64,000 nt of DNA from an uncultured Candidatus Saccharibacteria bacterium (GTDB lineage Bacteria; Patescibacteriota; Andersenbacteria; UBA10190). The notes under the pieces were generated by a model, which ran no database searches, was not told where the DNA came from, and worked only from the letters and a program-made list of their open reading frames with translations. The stretch spans positions 216,867 to 280,866 of the forward strand of contig CAZSUC010000001.1 of assembly GCA_964610055.1 (NCBI GenBank), read 5' to 3'. This document shows positions 28,504 through 39,221 of the stretch, piece after piece (position 1 is the stretch's first letter; each line of letters starts with the position of its first letter). The position numbers and the translations under genes were made by a program.

Positions 28504-29178
28504 ATGTCACATTATTCTCATTATTACTCCTCTCTCTTCGTCGCAGTTATTCTCGTTCTTTATCCTGTCACAACTTATGCTGGTACAGTTTGGCGCATTT
28601 CTATGCCTGCTGCCGAAACCGTAACTACTACACCGACTGGCTTTTGGGGGAGCTTGACCCAATGGATTCAAGGCCGAGTTCAAATTGTCCGCCTCGAGAT
28701 AGGGACTCAATTCACTATTGAAAGTACCGCTTACACTCCTTCTCCTTACGAAACTGACAGCACGCCCTGCATTACTGCTGCTGGCACGCGAGTGCGCTCT
28801 GGTGTTGTTGCCAGTAATTTCTTGCCACTCGGTACAATTCTTGAGATTACTCCCGAATCTGCTCCTAAAAACTTGCCTCAAAACCTCTTTATAGTCGAAG
28901 ATCGCATGAGTTCTCGTTTTGAGCAACGCTTAATTGATATTTGGTTTCCTGACAAAGAATCCGCTTTAGAATTTGGCCGTCGCAAATTAACTCTTGAAGT
29001 CGTTGGTTATGGTACCCCCGGCCAATCTCTCGAAACCGATGAACAAGAAGAGGTTGTTGAAACTAGTATTATTAAACGGGCTAATTTACGTTTTATTGCG
29101 AGTGCCCGCTCACTCTCGCGTCTTTTAACGGCTGCGGTTGGCCAATCGCAGACCGTTGATTGTTTTGCTACTGAATAA
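28504..29178 (+). CDS. 3D-domain (MltA C-terminal-like) cell-wall-binding protein
   Basis: Signal peptide. STAYTPSPYETDSTPCITAAGTRVRSGVVASNFLPLGTILEI...DIWFPDKESALEFG matches the 3D domain pattern (three conserved Asp). Confidence 0.6.
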   Translation: MSHYSHYYSSLFVAVILVLYPVTTYAGTVWRISMPAAETVTTTPTGFWGSLTQWIQGRVQIVRLEIGTQFTIESTAYTPSPYETDSTPCITAAGTRVRSGVVASNFLPLGTILEITPESAPKNLPQNLFIVEDRMSSRFEQRLIDIWFPDKESALEFGRRKLTLEVVGYGTPGQSLETDEQEEVVETSIIKRANLRFIASARSLSRLLTAAVGQSQTVDCFATE

Positions 29179-29184
29179 ATAACT

Positions 29185-30306
29185 ATGTCTCATTACTTAC
29201 GTTTCACTCTTTTTACCCTTTTAATTACGCTCCTTATTCATCCTGGAGTAGTTTCCGCTGCTAATTTAACCGGTTCCGTCTCTATTTCCACTGAAGCCCA
29301 AGCCGCCATTCAAAATCACGCTTTCACTTTGGTATATAACCAGAAAAATTTTACCGCCAACGCTGCCGAAGCCAAGACTTGGTATCAAATTAAAAACGAT
29401 ACTTTAACTCTTAAACCCGGCGCGATCTATAACTTCCTTAACGTTAAAATTTCTCCGACCGTTAATTCTCCCGGTGTTTCCAGTCGATTTGCCTATGTCG
29501 ACGGTAATTTGCACTTAATTGCTGGCGGAACCAAAGGACAAATTGTCGACGGTGAAAAAACATCGCTCGCTATCCGGGCTGCGCTCGCTCAAGGCCAATC
29601 CCAAGCCAAAGTGTATCTCAAAACTGATCGGCCATCCGTTTTTTCCGCCGCCGATTTTCAAAAATTATCTTTTCCTGATTTACTCGCCAGCGGTGAAAGC
29701 AATTTTGCTGGTTCTCCCGCTAATCGCATCCATAATATTGTTACTGCCACCGCACGCTTTCATGGCTTAGTTGTTATGCCTAACGAAGAATTTTCCTTTA
29801 ACCGTTATTTAGGTTCTGTCGACGCCGCAAACGGCTATTTACCCGAATTAGTCATTAAAGACAATGTCACTACTCCGGAATATGGCGGGGGAATCTGCCA
29901 AGTTTCAACGACTGCTTTTCGTGCTGCCATGCAAGCCGGACTTAAAATTACTGAACGTCACAGCCATTCTTATCCTGTTAGTTATTACGGCACTCCTGGC
30001 TACGATGCGACCGTTTACCAACCGTCACCCGATTTACGTTTCGTAAATGACACCGGCAATCCTGTCTATTTAACCACTCAAGTTGTCGGCACTCGAGTGA
30101 TCTTTAACGTGTGGGGGACTGATGATGGCCGCCAAGTCACGATTAACGGTCCTTTCGTCACCAAAAGTTTGCCTGATGGCAGTATCGAAGCCGCGGTCGC
30201 TCAAATTATCACCAAGGCCGGCCAAACCATTCGTGAGCAAAATTTTGTCTCTAAATATCAACCTGCCGAAAACTTTCCTACGGTAGTAGCCGCTAATCAA
30301 GGCTAA
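29185..30306 (+). CDS. VanW family protein
   Basis: Signal peptide. Core PEYGGGICQVSTTAFRAAMQAGLKITERHSHSY...GYDATVYQPSPDLRFVNDTGNPVYL is a close match to VanW-domain conserved blocks. Confidence 0.8.
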   Translation: MSHYLRFTLFTLLITLLIHPGVVSAANLTGSVSISTEAQAAIQNHAFTLVYNQKNFTANAAEAKTWYQIKNDTLTLKPGAIYNFLNVKISPTVNSPGVSSRFAYVDGNLHLIAGGTKGQIVDGEKTSLAIRAALAQGQSQAKVYLKTDRPSVFSAADFQKLSFPDLLASGESNFAGSPANRIHNIVTATARFHGLVVMPNEEFSFNRYLGSVDAANGYLPELVIKDNVTTPEYGGGICQVSTTAFRAAMQAGLKITERHSHSYPVSYYGTPGYDATVYQPSPDLRFVNDTGNPVYLTTQVVGTRVIFNVWGTDDGRQVTINGPFVTKSLPDGSIEAAVAQIITKAGQTIREQNFVSKYQPAENFPTVVAANQG

Positions 30307-30340
30307 TAGAATTAATTTAAACTATAAACCGCATTACATT

Positions 30341-30865
30341 ATGACCACAATTCTTGAAAATAAACATATAAAAATCACTCAAGAAGAAGTATCTTTCCCT
30401 AATGGAGATCAAATCAATGACTATTATTTAGTAGAAAAAAGAGATTATGTAGCCATTGTTCCTTTGATTAATGATATCGAAAAAAGTTCAAATATTATAT
30501 TAGTTGAACAATACCGTCCTGCTTTAAAACAAAGTATATGGAATATTCCTATGGGATTTATTGATAATGGAGAAACTCCTAAAGAGTCTGCTAAACGTGA
30601 ATTAGCCGAAGAAACCGGATATGAAGGAAAATTAAAGTTATTAGATATATTAGCACCCGCGCCTGGGTTTTATAAATCAATATGTTATTTATACGTGGCT
30701 TATAATTGCCAACAAATTAATACTAACAAAAAACTTGATACAGAAATTCAAAATGTAAAAATCTTAGAATGGTACTGTGCTTTCAATCGTCTTAAAAATA
30801 GCAAAGGCGCAGATATGACATCAGTAGCGGGATTATTACTAATAAAAGAAAAACACGCTTGGTAA
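30341..30865 (+). CDS. NUDIX hydrolase
   Basis: Nudix box GFIDNGETPKESAKRELAEETGY. Confidence 0.8.
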   Translation: MTTILENKHIKITQEEVSFPNGDQINDYYLVEKRDYVAIVPLINDIEKSSNIILVEQYRPALKQSIWNIPMGFIDNGETPKESAKRELAEETGYEGKLKLLDILAPAPGFYKSICYLYVAYNCQQINTNKKLDTEIQNVKILEWYCAFNRLKNSKGADMTSVAGLLLIKEKHAW

Positions 30866-30892
30866 CTTGTTAGTATACAAAGCGTGTTAGTG

Positions 30893-30908
30893 AAAGTGAT
30901 CACTTTTT
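30893..30908. terminator. palindromic hairpin between convergent genes (weak terminator candidate)
   Basis: AAAGTGATCACTTT perfect palindrome followed by TT. Overlaps the stop codon of the minus-strand gene. Confidence 0.25.
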
Positions 30909-31577
30909 CCACTCGTTTAGAGTATAAGGACAAAGAGGCGCAAAGCGCTGTTCAACCCGTTGTAAATCTTCAATCCTGTCCACGTCAAATATGGGTGAAA
31001 GTGCTTTGCAGGTCAATCCTTGGATTGCAGCTTTCTCTTTCCAGCGATTGATGTAATTCGGTGTCCGTGAATCATTATCTGTCCACATATCACCGAATTT
31101 ACGCAACCCATGAGGGCAACAACCGTCATCTTCATTGGGGTGATATACGGCATCAAAGTTATCCAGTGCATCCCATATCTCTTTCAGTTGATCTTCGGAA
31201 TAATGAGGCAAATCCGCACCTGTCAGCGCAACTTTAGAAAATTCTTGCAAAGCGGTGTAATACGCGTACACAATATCCTGATTCATATCACCAATGCCAC
31301 GCAAGAAGTGTAATCTAGCTACAGGAATATGGTACTGGCGACAAAGTGTGTGGAACGGTTCCGAATGCTCATCTTTTGGGTAAACTATCTCAACCACAAT
31401 GTTCTGAACTCGCAAAAAGCGATCTAAGAGATCAAGCAGCATGCCCCTTTGAACATCAGAGGCTTTCTCTGGACCAATTGAAGCAGCTAAACGACTTTTC
31501 ACGCGCCCAGCAGCCGGGAAACGAGCTAATATCAGCAAGCACTTTTCCATAACATTCTCCTTATTAAGAAAGAGCAA
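30900..31577 (-). CDS. DUF2064/MobA-like nucleotidyltransferase-fold protein (TIGR04282-like)
   Basis: N-terminal LLILARFPAAGRVKSRLAASIG...LLDLLDRF resembles the DUF2064 glycosyltransferase-like family. Assignment is from memory. Confidence 0.45.
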   Translation of the reverse strand: MLFLNKENVMEKCLLILARFPAAGRVKSRLAASIGPEKASDVQRGMLLDLLDRFLRVQNIVVEIVYPKDEHSEPFHTLCRQYHIPVARLHFLRGIGDMNQDIVYAYYTALQEFSKVALTGADLPHYSEDQLKEIWDALDNFDAVYHPNEDDGCCPHGLRKFGDMWTDNDSRTPNYINRWKEKAAIQGLTCKALSPIFDVDRIEDLQRVEQRFAPLCPYTLNEWKK

Positions 31578-31740
31578 ATACCGTTATCTTAAGATAACAC
31601 ACTAGACTACTATAAATAGCTAAAACATCAATGCTCAAATTAATCATTTTAATAACTCAACTGCTGGAACACCATAACGCACTTAATTCAGTGCATAGCG
31701 GCTTACGAGGTTATATTCCATCAGCAAAACAGAAGTTTTG

Positions 31741-31812
31741 TAGCCCCACGGGGAATCGAACCCCGATTGCGAGAGTGAAAATCTCGTGTCCTAGCCGTTA
31801 GACGATAGGGCC
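31741..31812 (-). tRNA. tRNA-Glu (anticodon TTC)
   Basis: Reverse complement GGCCCTATCGTCTAACGGCTAGGACACGAGATTTTCACTCTCGCAATCGGGGTTCGATTCCCCGTGGGGCTA. Anticodon loop TT-TTC-AC. Confidence 0.85.
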
Positions 31813-31866
31813 AAGTAAATCAGTTTTAACTGATTTTTTTTCATTTGTCCACTATACTGCCTTCAT

Positions 31867-32925
31867 ATGGCAACTATCTTAAGCCTAGAAACTTCTTGCG
31901 ACGAAACCGGCGTGGCTATTTTAACCCAATCTGGCCCTGATGCTCCGGCAGTTTTAAGCCAATCTGTTTCTTCCCAAATCAATATTCATGCCTTAACCGG
32001 GGGAGTTGTCCCTGAAACCGCCGCTCGTGAGCACTCAGCCGTCATTGCTCCGATGATTTTGGATAATTTACGGCATAGTGGCTTACAGCCATCCAATTTA
32101 GACGCTATTGCGATAACCGTTGGCCCCGGGCTCATTCCTGCCTTAGTTGTAGGAGTGGCGACTGCTCAAACCTTAAGCTTTGCCTGGGATAAGCCGCTTG
32201 TGCCCGTTCACCATCTTGAAGGCCATATCTATTCCGCTTTATTATCCGCCCCTTCTCCTGATAGCTTATTTCCCGCTTTAGCCTTAATTGTCTCGGGCGG
32301 GCACACCTTATTAGTCCTTATTTCCGCTCATTTAACTTATCAAATCCTCGGCTCCACTCTCGATGATGCTGCCGGTGAAGCTTTTGATAAAGTTGCTCGC
32401 TTACTTGGCCTCCCTTATCCTGGTGGCCCCGCCTTAAGCCGCCTGGCTGAGTCTGGCAATCCGTCCGCATTCGATTTTCCGCGCCCTATGTTGCATGACT
32501 CTAGCCTGAATTTTAGTTTTTCTGGCCTTAAAACCGCAGTTCTATACACTTTCCGTGATTTAACCCAATCCGGAGCAGTCACAGCCGCTCAAAAAGCCGA
32601 TATTGCCGCTAGCTTTCAGCAAGCTGTTGTCGACGTGCTCGTCGCAAAAGCTTTTCGTGCCGCTTCCGAATACCATGCTCGCTCATTGTTATTAACCGGC
32701 GGAGTCGCTGCTAATCAATTGCTCAGACAAACCTTTCAGCTCAAAGCTGACCAAGCTGGGCTACCTTTATTAACCGCTCCTTTAGAGCTTTGCGGCGATA
32801 ACGGTGTTATGATTGGCCAAGCCGGACTTTATGCTTTCGCGGCTGGTCGAGTTAAATCGTGGTCGGAGATCGAAGCAACTGCCCGTCTTAGTATTGAAAC
32901 TTTTAGCCCAAGCACCTTACAGTAA
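31867..32925 (+). CDS. tsaD: tRNA N6-adenosine threonylcarbamoyltransferase TsaD (Kae1/Gcp family)
   Basis: N-terminal SLETSCDETGVAIL, metal-binding HHLEGH, and the GGVAAN block. Confidence 0.9.
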   Translation: MATILSLETSCDETGVAILTQSGPDAPAVLSQSVSSQINIHALTGGVVPETAAREHSAVIAPMILDNLRHSGLQPSNLDAIAITVGPGLIPALVVGVATAQTLSFAWDKPLVPVHHLEGHIYSALLSAPSPDSLFPALALIVSGGHTLLVLISAHLTYQILGSTLDDAAGEAFDKVARLLGLPYPGGPALSRLAESGNPSAFDFPRPMLHDSSLNFSFSGLKTAVLYTFRDLTQSGAVTAAQKADIAASFQQAVVDVLVAKAFRAASEYHARSLLLTGGVAANQLLRQTFQLKADQAGLPLLTAPLELCGDNGVMIGQAGLYAFAAGRVKSWSEIEATARLSIETFSPSTLQ

Positions 32926-32930
32926 TAACC

Positions 32931-35501
32931 ATGGCTCTTCCTAAACAATACGACCCCCAAGCTCACGAAACCGCTGTTTATGACACCTGGGAAAAAAGCG
33001 GAGCTTTTTGCCCTAATCAAGCCGCTTTAGATGATGGTCGTCCTCCGTATGTCATTATGCTTCCGCCGCCCAATATTACCGGCAGTTTACATATGGGGCA
33101 TGCTCTTCAAGACACCTTAATTGATGCCCTTATTCGTTATCATCGCATGCAAGGCGAGCCAACCCTTTGGCTGCCCGGAACTGACCACGCTGCCATTGCA
33201 ACTAATAAAGTGTTAGAGACTCAGCTCCAAGCTGAAGGCAAAACTCGCTGGGATCTTACTCGAGCAGAATTTTTACAACGAGCTGAAGCTTGGTATCAGA
33301 CCACCGGTACTACCATTATCAGTCAAATGAAGCGTTTAGGTTGTTCTTGTGACTGGAGTAGGGAACGCTTCACTATGGACAACAAATATGTTCAAGCAGT
33401 CAACGCCGCTTTTATTGCATATTTTAACCAAGGTTATTTATACCGCGGCTTGCGAATCGTTAATTGGGACCCCAAAGCTCAAACCACCGTTTCTGATTTA
33501 GAGATTGAATACAAGACCGAAAAAACTCCCTATTATTACCTTCAGTACGGATCAATTGAAATTAGTACCGCTCGTCCCGAAACAAAGTTTGGCGATAAAT
33601 ACGTTGTTGTCCATCCTGATGATCCTCGTTATGCGCATCTGAAACACGGTGATCAGTTTGAAGCTGAATGGATCAATGGCCCTATTACAGCAACTGTCAT
33701 CAAAGACACTGCTTCTGATCCCGCTATCGGTTCCGGTGCTATGACTATTACCCCTTGGCATTCTGTCGTGGATTTTGAAATCGCTCAACGCCATCATCTC
33801 GATATGGAGCCGATCATTGATTTAAATGGTCGTTTACTGCCTATTGCCGGTGAATTTGCTGGCATGACTATTGCCGAAGCCAGACCTAAAATTGTCGCCA
33901 AACTGGAACAAAAAGGCTTACTAAACCGCATAGATGAAAAGTATGAGCATAACCTTGCCTTAAACTCACGTGGCAACGGCGTTATTGAACCGCAAGTTAT
34001 GCGTCAGTGGTTTATTAACATGGAAAAAATCAAAGCCAATACTATCAAGGTCGCAACTGACGATACTATTCAATTCGTTCCTCCGCACTGGAAAGCCAAA
34101 TTTATTAATTGGATGGAAAATGTGCGTGATTGGAATATTAGCCGCCAAATCTGGCTCGGTCATCGTTTACCGGTCTGGTGGAAACCAGGCACCAGAGATA
34201 CCGATCACGAAGAAGGCAATTATGTAATTTCCGTAGATAAGCCCGCTGACGGGGAATGGGAGCAAGATCCTGATGTTTTAGACACTTGGTTTTCTTCCGC
34301 TTTATGGCCTTTCGCTACTTTAGGATGGCCTGAAGCAACCACCGATCTCAAAACATTTTATCCCACTTCTTTATTAGTTACTGCCCGCGACATTTTATAT
34401 TTATGGGTTGCTCGCATGATTTTTTCCGGACTCGATTTGCTAAAAGATCCTCAGTTTCAACGTCCTGAAATATCAGATCGCATTCCTTTCCGCCAAGTTT
34501 TAATTCATCCCACTATTTTAGCCAAAAACGGTCAGCGGATGAGTAAAAGCCTTGGTACTGGCATTGATCCTTTAGAATTGATTGATAAATACGGAGCTGA
34601 CGCCACCCGTTTCGGTTTACTTTTTCAAATTTCATACGATACCCAAGCCCTAAAATTTGATGAAGAAGCGATCAAATCTGCTCGTAATTTTGCGAATAAG
34701 ATCTGGAATATTGGTCGTTATTTAGATTCTTTAGATTCCAATGGACACACAACTATTGCTGATACCTGGATTCAGTCCCGGTTAAACGAAGTTATTCAGC
34801 AAGTCTCGCAATTAATTAATGATCACAAACTTGGTGAAGCCGCTCGCACTCTATATGATTTTATTTGGAAAGATTATGCCGACTGGTATTTAGAAATTAT
34901 CAAAACCGACGGCTCCCCTGCGGTCGCTAAACAAGTTTTCCGTCAAATTTTAGCTCTCCTGCATCCATTTATGCCGCACCTTACCGAAATTCTTTGGCAG
35001 AACTTCGGCGATACCGATGCTTTAATTACCTCTGCGTGGCCAACCGCTGGTGATATTGAATCTGACTCCCTAACTGCTATCACTCGCTTTCAGCAAACCG
35101 TCACTGCTTTACGCAGCGCTCGTAAACTCTTTAATTTATCGCCGTCAGAAACTATTACTGTTTGGGTCGCTGATCCAGTTATTCCATCTGCCTTTCAGCG
35201 TTTAGTTAAATGCCAACTTGAATCCGAGCATCTCAAATCCGGTATTATGATTCCTGTCTCTGGCGCTGATCCTGCTGAATTATCCGCACCGAGTTTAACT
35301 GCCGACAAGTTAGCCCAAGGAATTACGCAGCTAAAAAGCAATCAAGCTAAACTTACTCAGTTAATTAGTCAGCATCATAATATCCTTGAAAAAATGCAGG
35401 GGAAAGCTCCGGATGCAATTATTGCCGCTAAAACTACCGAAGTTGCTACCTTGCGCCAAGAGCTTGATCAGATTACACGTAGTCTGGAATTACTTGCCTA
35501 A
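32931..35501 (+). CDS. valS: valine--tRNA ligase
   Basis: Class I HIGH (PNITGSLHMGHA) and KMSKS (RMSKSLGTG), editing domain and C-terminal coiled-coil; 856 aa. Confidence 0.95.
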   Translation: MALPKQYDPQAHETAVYDTWEKSGAFCPNQAALDDGRPPYVIMLPPPNITGSLHMGHALQDTLIDALIRYHRMQGEPTLWLPGTDHAAIATNKVLETQLQAEGKTRWDLTRAEFLQRAEAWYQTTGTTIISQMKRLGCSCDWSRERFTMDNKYVQAVNAAFIAYFNQGYLYRGLRIVNWDPKAQTTVSDLEIEYKTEKTPYYYLQYGSIEISTARPETKFGDKYVVVHPDDPRYAHLKHGDQFEAEWINGPITATVIKDTASDPAIGSGAMTITPWHSVVDFEIAQRHHLDMEPIIDLNGRLLPIAGEFAGMTIAEARPKIVAKLEQKGLLNRIDEKYEHNLALNSRGNGVIEPQVMRQWFINMEKIKANTIKVATDDTIQFVPPHWKAKFINWMENVRDWNISRQIWLGHRLPVWWKPGTRDTDHEEGNYVISVDKPADGEWEQDPDVLDTWFSSALWPFATLGWPEATTDLKTFYPTSLLVTARDILYLWVARMIFSGLDLLKDPQFQRPEISDRIPFRQVLIHPTILAKNGQRMSKSLGTGIDPLELIDKYGADATRFGLLFQISYDTQALKFDEEAIKSARNFANKIWNIGRYLDSLDSNGHTTIADTWIQSRLNEVIQQVSQLINDHKLGEAARTLYDFIWKDYADWYLEIIKTDGSPAVAKQVFRQILALLHPFMPHLTEILWQNFGDTDALITSAWPTAGDIESDSLTAITRFQQTVTALRSARKLFNLSPSETITVWVADPVIPSAFQRLVKCQLESEHLKSGIMIPVSGADPAELSAPSLTADKLAQGITQLKSNQAKLTQLISQHHNILEKMQGKAPDAIIAAKTTEVATLRQELDQITRSLELLA

Positions 35502-35584
35502 CGCTAGCGACATCCTGGTCGAAAACTGCTATACTTTTACCAGTAGTTTTTTGATATAATATTCACATCCTTTAACATAACGAC

Positions 35585-36148
35585 ATGCCGCAAGAACCAC
35601 GCAGTTTCTTTGAACGCCTCACCGGAGCCCGCTTAATGGGTGGTCATCAAGATGAAGAGGAGGATGATAATCAAACCGTCTCATACCAAGACGATTATGA
35701 AGAAGTGCCCGTATCGCAAGAAGACGAAGGGCATATTAATGAAATGATTGAAGAAGATGATCCTGATGCTGAAGAAGTTTATTCCGACGAAGATCATGGC
35801 GATAGTGGGGAAGAGCAAGAAGGCCAGCTAACAGTCGATGTTTTTCAAGACGATGAGAATATCGTTATTCAAAGCACTATTGCTGGTGTCTCCCCGGAAG
35901 ATTTAGACGTTTCTATTACCAATGACATGGTTGCTATTCGTGGTGAACGTCGCCAACAATACGACGTTGATCCCGAAGATTATTTTTACCAAGAATGTTA
36001 CTGGGGCACTTTCTCTCGTAGTATTATTTTACCTGTTGAAATTGATGCTGACCGTGCCGACGCTAAAATTAAAAATGGTATCCTGACCATTCGCATTCCT
36101 AAAGCCAACGCCGCCGTTACTCGCAAACTCAAAGTAAAATCAACTTAA
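35585..36148 (+). CDS. Hsp20/alpha-crystallin small heat-shock protein with acidic N-terminal extension
   Basis: Alpha-crystallin domain (VDVFQDDENIVIQSTIAGVSPEDLDVSI...NGILTIRIPK) preceded by a ~80 aa D/E-rich region. Confidence 0.85.
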   Translation: MPQEPRSFFERLTGARLMGGHQDEEEDDNQTVSYQDDYEEVPVSQEDEGHINEMIEEDDPDAEEVYSDEDHGDSGEEQEGQLTVDVFQDDENIVIQSTIAGVSPEDLDVSITNDMVAIRGERRQQYDVDPEDYFYQECYWGTFSRSIILPVEIDADRADAKIKNGILTIRIPKANAAVTRKLKVKST

Positions 36149-36183
36149 TTTGCCAATTTTCTTTTGGCATCTAACCTAATAGT

Positions 36184-36717
36184 ATGGTTATTTTCTTTTG
36201 GATTACGCTATTAGGACTGCTGTTATTAATCCCAACCGCCTACGCTGGCTTAATTGGCGCTCCTTATGCGCCCACGCGTCGGCAAGCTATTATCGACACT
36301 TTTGATCATATTAAACTGTCTTCCTCTGATTATTTAGTTGATTTAGGTGCCGGCGACGGTGTGGTTTTACGTTTTGCCGCTATGCGTGGTGCCAAAGCAC
36401 TTGGTTACGAGCTGTCACCTATTATGTGGTTTATTGCTTTTTTACGTCTTCTTGCGTTTCGTCCTCAAGCGCGAATCAAGTATGGCAATTTTTTTCACGC
36501 CTCTTTACCTGCTGAAACCACTGTTATTTTTGCCTTTTTAATGCCTGAACATATGGCGCACTTGCGCCAATATCTTGCCACTCAAAACTTACCTCATGCC
36601 CGTTATTTACTCTCATATATGTTTCCTTTTCCTCATCTTCAACCTCTCCATATGGTTCGCTCGCCTCGGGCCGGTCACGTTTATATCTATGACCTTGAAC
36701 AGGTTATTGCCAACTAA
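36184..36717 (+). CDS. membrane-anchored class I SAM-dependent methyltransferase
   Basis: N-terminal TM helix, then motif I VDLGAGDGVV and an acidic-loop GYEL. Confidence 0.5.
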   Translation: MVIFFWITLLGLLLLIPTAYAGLIGAPYAPTRRQAIIDTFDHIKLSSSDYLVDLGAGDGVVLRFAAMRGAKALGYELSPIMWFIAFLRLLAFRPQARIKYGNFFHASLPAETTVIFAFLMPEHMAHLRQYLATQNLPHARYLLSYMFPFPHLQPLHMVRSPRAGHVYIYDLEQVIAN

Positions 36718-36747
36718 CTTAACTCAGCCTACACTCACCATAAAACT

Positions 36748-38184
36748 ATGAAATATTACCTTACTACACCTATTTACTACGTTAACGCTAAGCCACATAT
36801 TGGCTCAGCTTACACAACTATTGCCGCTGATGTTTTAGCTCGTTATCACCGTCTGCTTGGTCATGACACCCATTTTTTAACTGGTGTTGCCGAACATGGT
36901 ACCAAAATCGCTACCAGTGCTGAGGCTGCCGGGCAAGATCCACAAGCATTCGTTGATTATAATTCTCAACTATTTAAAGATGCTTGGAGCGCTCTGAACA
37001 TCAATTACGACGACTTTATTCGCACTACCGAACCCCGTCATGGCGCTGCTGTCACTCTATTTTTCGAACAGCTAAAAGCATCGGGCCAACTTTATGAAGC
37101 TGAATACGAGGGGCTGTATTGTGTTGGTCACGAAGCGTTTATCAAAGCCTCTGACCTTGATGAACGTGGTTTTTGTCCTGAGCACGGTAAAGCCCCGGAA
37201 GTCGTTAAAGAAAAAAATTGGTTTTTCCGTCTCTCGGCTTATCAGGATTGGATTAAAGAGCAAATCACTTCGGATCGCATTAAAGTCTCGCCTGCCTCTC
37301 GTAAAAACGAAGTCTTGGCTTTTATTGATCAAGGGTTAGAGGATATTGCAGTTTCTCGTCGTACCGCCAAATTTGCTTTGCCACTGCCCTGGGATGAAGA
37401 ACAAACCATGTATGTCTGGTTAGACGAACTCTTTAATTATTGCTCGGCTATCGGTTATGGCGTTGATAATGATAAATTCAATCATTTTTGGCCAGCTGAC
37501 CTCCATATTGTTGGTAAAGATATTATCAAATTCCACTGTATTATTTGGCCTACGCTGCTTCATGCGATTGGCCTCGAACCTCCCCGACACATCTTCGCGC
37601 ACGGATTTTTCACTGTCGATGGTCAAAAAATGAGCAAAACTCTTGGCAACGTTGCCGATCCTATTGAACTAGTTGCTAACTATGGCGCCGACGTAATCCG
37701 TTATTTTGTTTTGCGTGATATTCCTTTTGGTAACGACGGTGATTTTTCCTATACTCGCCTTCAAGATCGTTACAATTCTGATTTTGCTAACGGTTTAGGT
37801 AATTTTGTTTCCCGCACTCTTAACATGATTGAAAAATTCTATCCTGATTTCAATGGCCAATCTTCTCTGCCGCAGGATCTCAAAGCTGAAGTTGAGCAAA
37901 TTAATCCTTTCATTGAAGAATTAGCTTTTGATAAAGCTTTAAATTCAATTTGGAACCTTATCTCATGGGCGGATAATCGCATTGAAACTACTCGTCCGTG
38001 GGAATTAGCGAAAACAGGGGATACCGCCACCCTACAGCAAATTTTAGCCGAACTTTTTGCCGTTTTAACTGTAGTAAACGATAAACTTGCTCCATTTATG
38101 CCCGATACGCATGCAAAAATTTCCACTCTGTTATCAACTCGCCCTCTCCGAAAACCCGCCGATCCCTTGTTTGCCCGTAAATAA
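36748..38184 (+). CDS. metG: methionine--tRNA ligase (short form)
   Basis: HIGH variant (KPHIGSAYT) and KMSKT (QKMSKTLGN), plus a Zn-knuckle region. Confidence 0.9.
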   Translation: MKYYLTTPIYYVNAKPHIGSAYTTIAADVLARYHRLLGHDTHFLTGVAEHGTKIATSAEAAGQDPQAFVDYNSQLFKDAWSALNINYDDFIRTTEPRHGAAVTLFFEQLKASGQLYEAEYEGLYCVGHEAFIKASDLDERGFCPEHGKAPEVVKEKNWFFRLSAYQDWIKEQITSDRIKVSPASRKNEVLAFIDQGLEDIAVSRRTAKFALPLPWDEEQTMYVWLDELFNYCSAIGYGVDNDKFNHFWPADLHIVGKDIIKFHCIIWPTLLHAIGLEPPRHIFAHGFFTVDGQKMSKTLGNVADPIELVANYGADVIRYFVLRDIPFGNDGDFSYTRLQDRYNSDFANGLGNFVSRTLNMIEKFYPDFNGQSSLPQDLKAEVEQINPFIEELAFDKALNSIWNLISWADNRIETTRPWELAKTGDTATLQQILAELFAVLTVVNDKLAPFMPDTHAKISTLLSTRPLRKPADPLFARK

Positions 38185-38201
38185 AAGGAGATAATTAACC
38201 T

Positions 38202-39206
38202 ATGTCTCATTTACTTGTCACCGGTGGTGCTGGTTTTATTGGATCAAATTTTATTCATTACTGGCTCGAGCATCATCCTGACGATCGTGTCACTAATTTA
38301 GATGCCTTAACTTATGCTGGTAATTTGAATAATTTAACCGATATTGCCGCAAATCCGAACTATAAGTTTATTAAAGGGAACATCTGCGATTCTGAGTTAG
38401 TTAGTCGCCTTGTATCTGATGTTGATGTGATTGTTCATTTTGCTGCAGAAAGTCATGTTGATCGCTCCATCATAGGTCCTGGATCATTCGTGGAAACTAA
38501 TATCAACGGTACTTTTGTTTTGCTCGAGGCTATCCGTCAGCGTCCTCACATCCGTTTTCATCACGTTTCCACCGATGAAGTTTTTGGTGCTTTAGCCTTA
38601 GACTCAAATACTAAGTTTACTGAAAACACCCCATATCGTCCTCATAGCCCATATTCTGCTTCTAAAGCCGCTTCTGATCATCTGGTCTCGTCTTATGCCG
38701 ATACTTACAATTTATCGGTTACTATCACCAATTGCTCTAACAATTTTGGTCCTTACCAACATCCCGAGAAATTCATTCCTCGCATGATCACGAACTTAAT
38801 CACTGGAGAAAACATCAAAATTTATGGTGATGGACTGTATGTTCGCGATTGGCTCTATGTCATTGACCATTGTCGGGCGATTGATCTGGTGCTTCAATCT
38901 GGAAAAATCGGAGAAACCTATCTAGTCGGTGGTATGACCAAAGATGTAAATAACCTTACTTTAGCCCAGCTCTTGTTAAAGCAATTCAATTTAGATGACG
39001 CTAAACTTGAATTTGTGAAAGACCGTCCAGGACATGATCGTCGTTATGCTGTCGATTGGACTAAAATTAATCAAGAATTAGGTTGGGAACCAGAACATTC
39101 TTTCGAAGATTGGCTGCAAGAAACTGTAACTTGGTATAAAAATAACGAAAATTGGTGGCAATCACTTAAACAAGAAGCCGAAAAGATGTACAGTAAAGGC
39201 AATTAA
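38202..39206 (+). CDS. rfbB: dTDP-glucose 4,6-dehydratase
   Basis: TGGAGFIGSNF Rossmann, YSASKAASD catalytic YxxxK, C-terminal RfbB blocks. RBS AAGGAG upstream. Confidence 0.9.
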   Translation: MSHLLVTGGAGFIGSNFIHYWLEHHPDDRVTNLDALTYAGNLNNLTDIAANPNYKFIKGNICDSELVSRLVSDVDVIVHFAAESHVDRSIIGPGSFVETNINGTFVLLEAIRQRPHIRFHHVSTDEVFGALALDSNTKFTENTPYRPHSPYSASKAASDHLVSSYADTYNLSVTITNCSNNFGPYQHPEKFIPRMITNLITGENIKIYGDGLYVRDWLYVIDHCRAIDLVLQSGKIGETYLVGGMTKDVNNLTLAQLLLKQFNLDDAKLEFVKDRPGHDRRYAVDWTKINQELGWEPEHSFEDWLQETVTWYKNNENWWQSLKQEAEKMYSKGN

Positions 39207-39221
39207 TTTATATTACCCCTT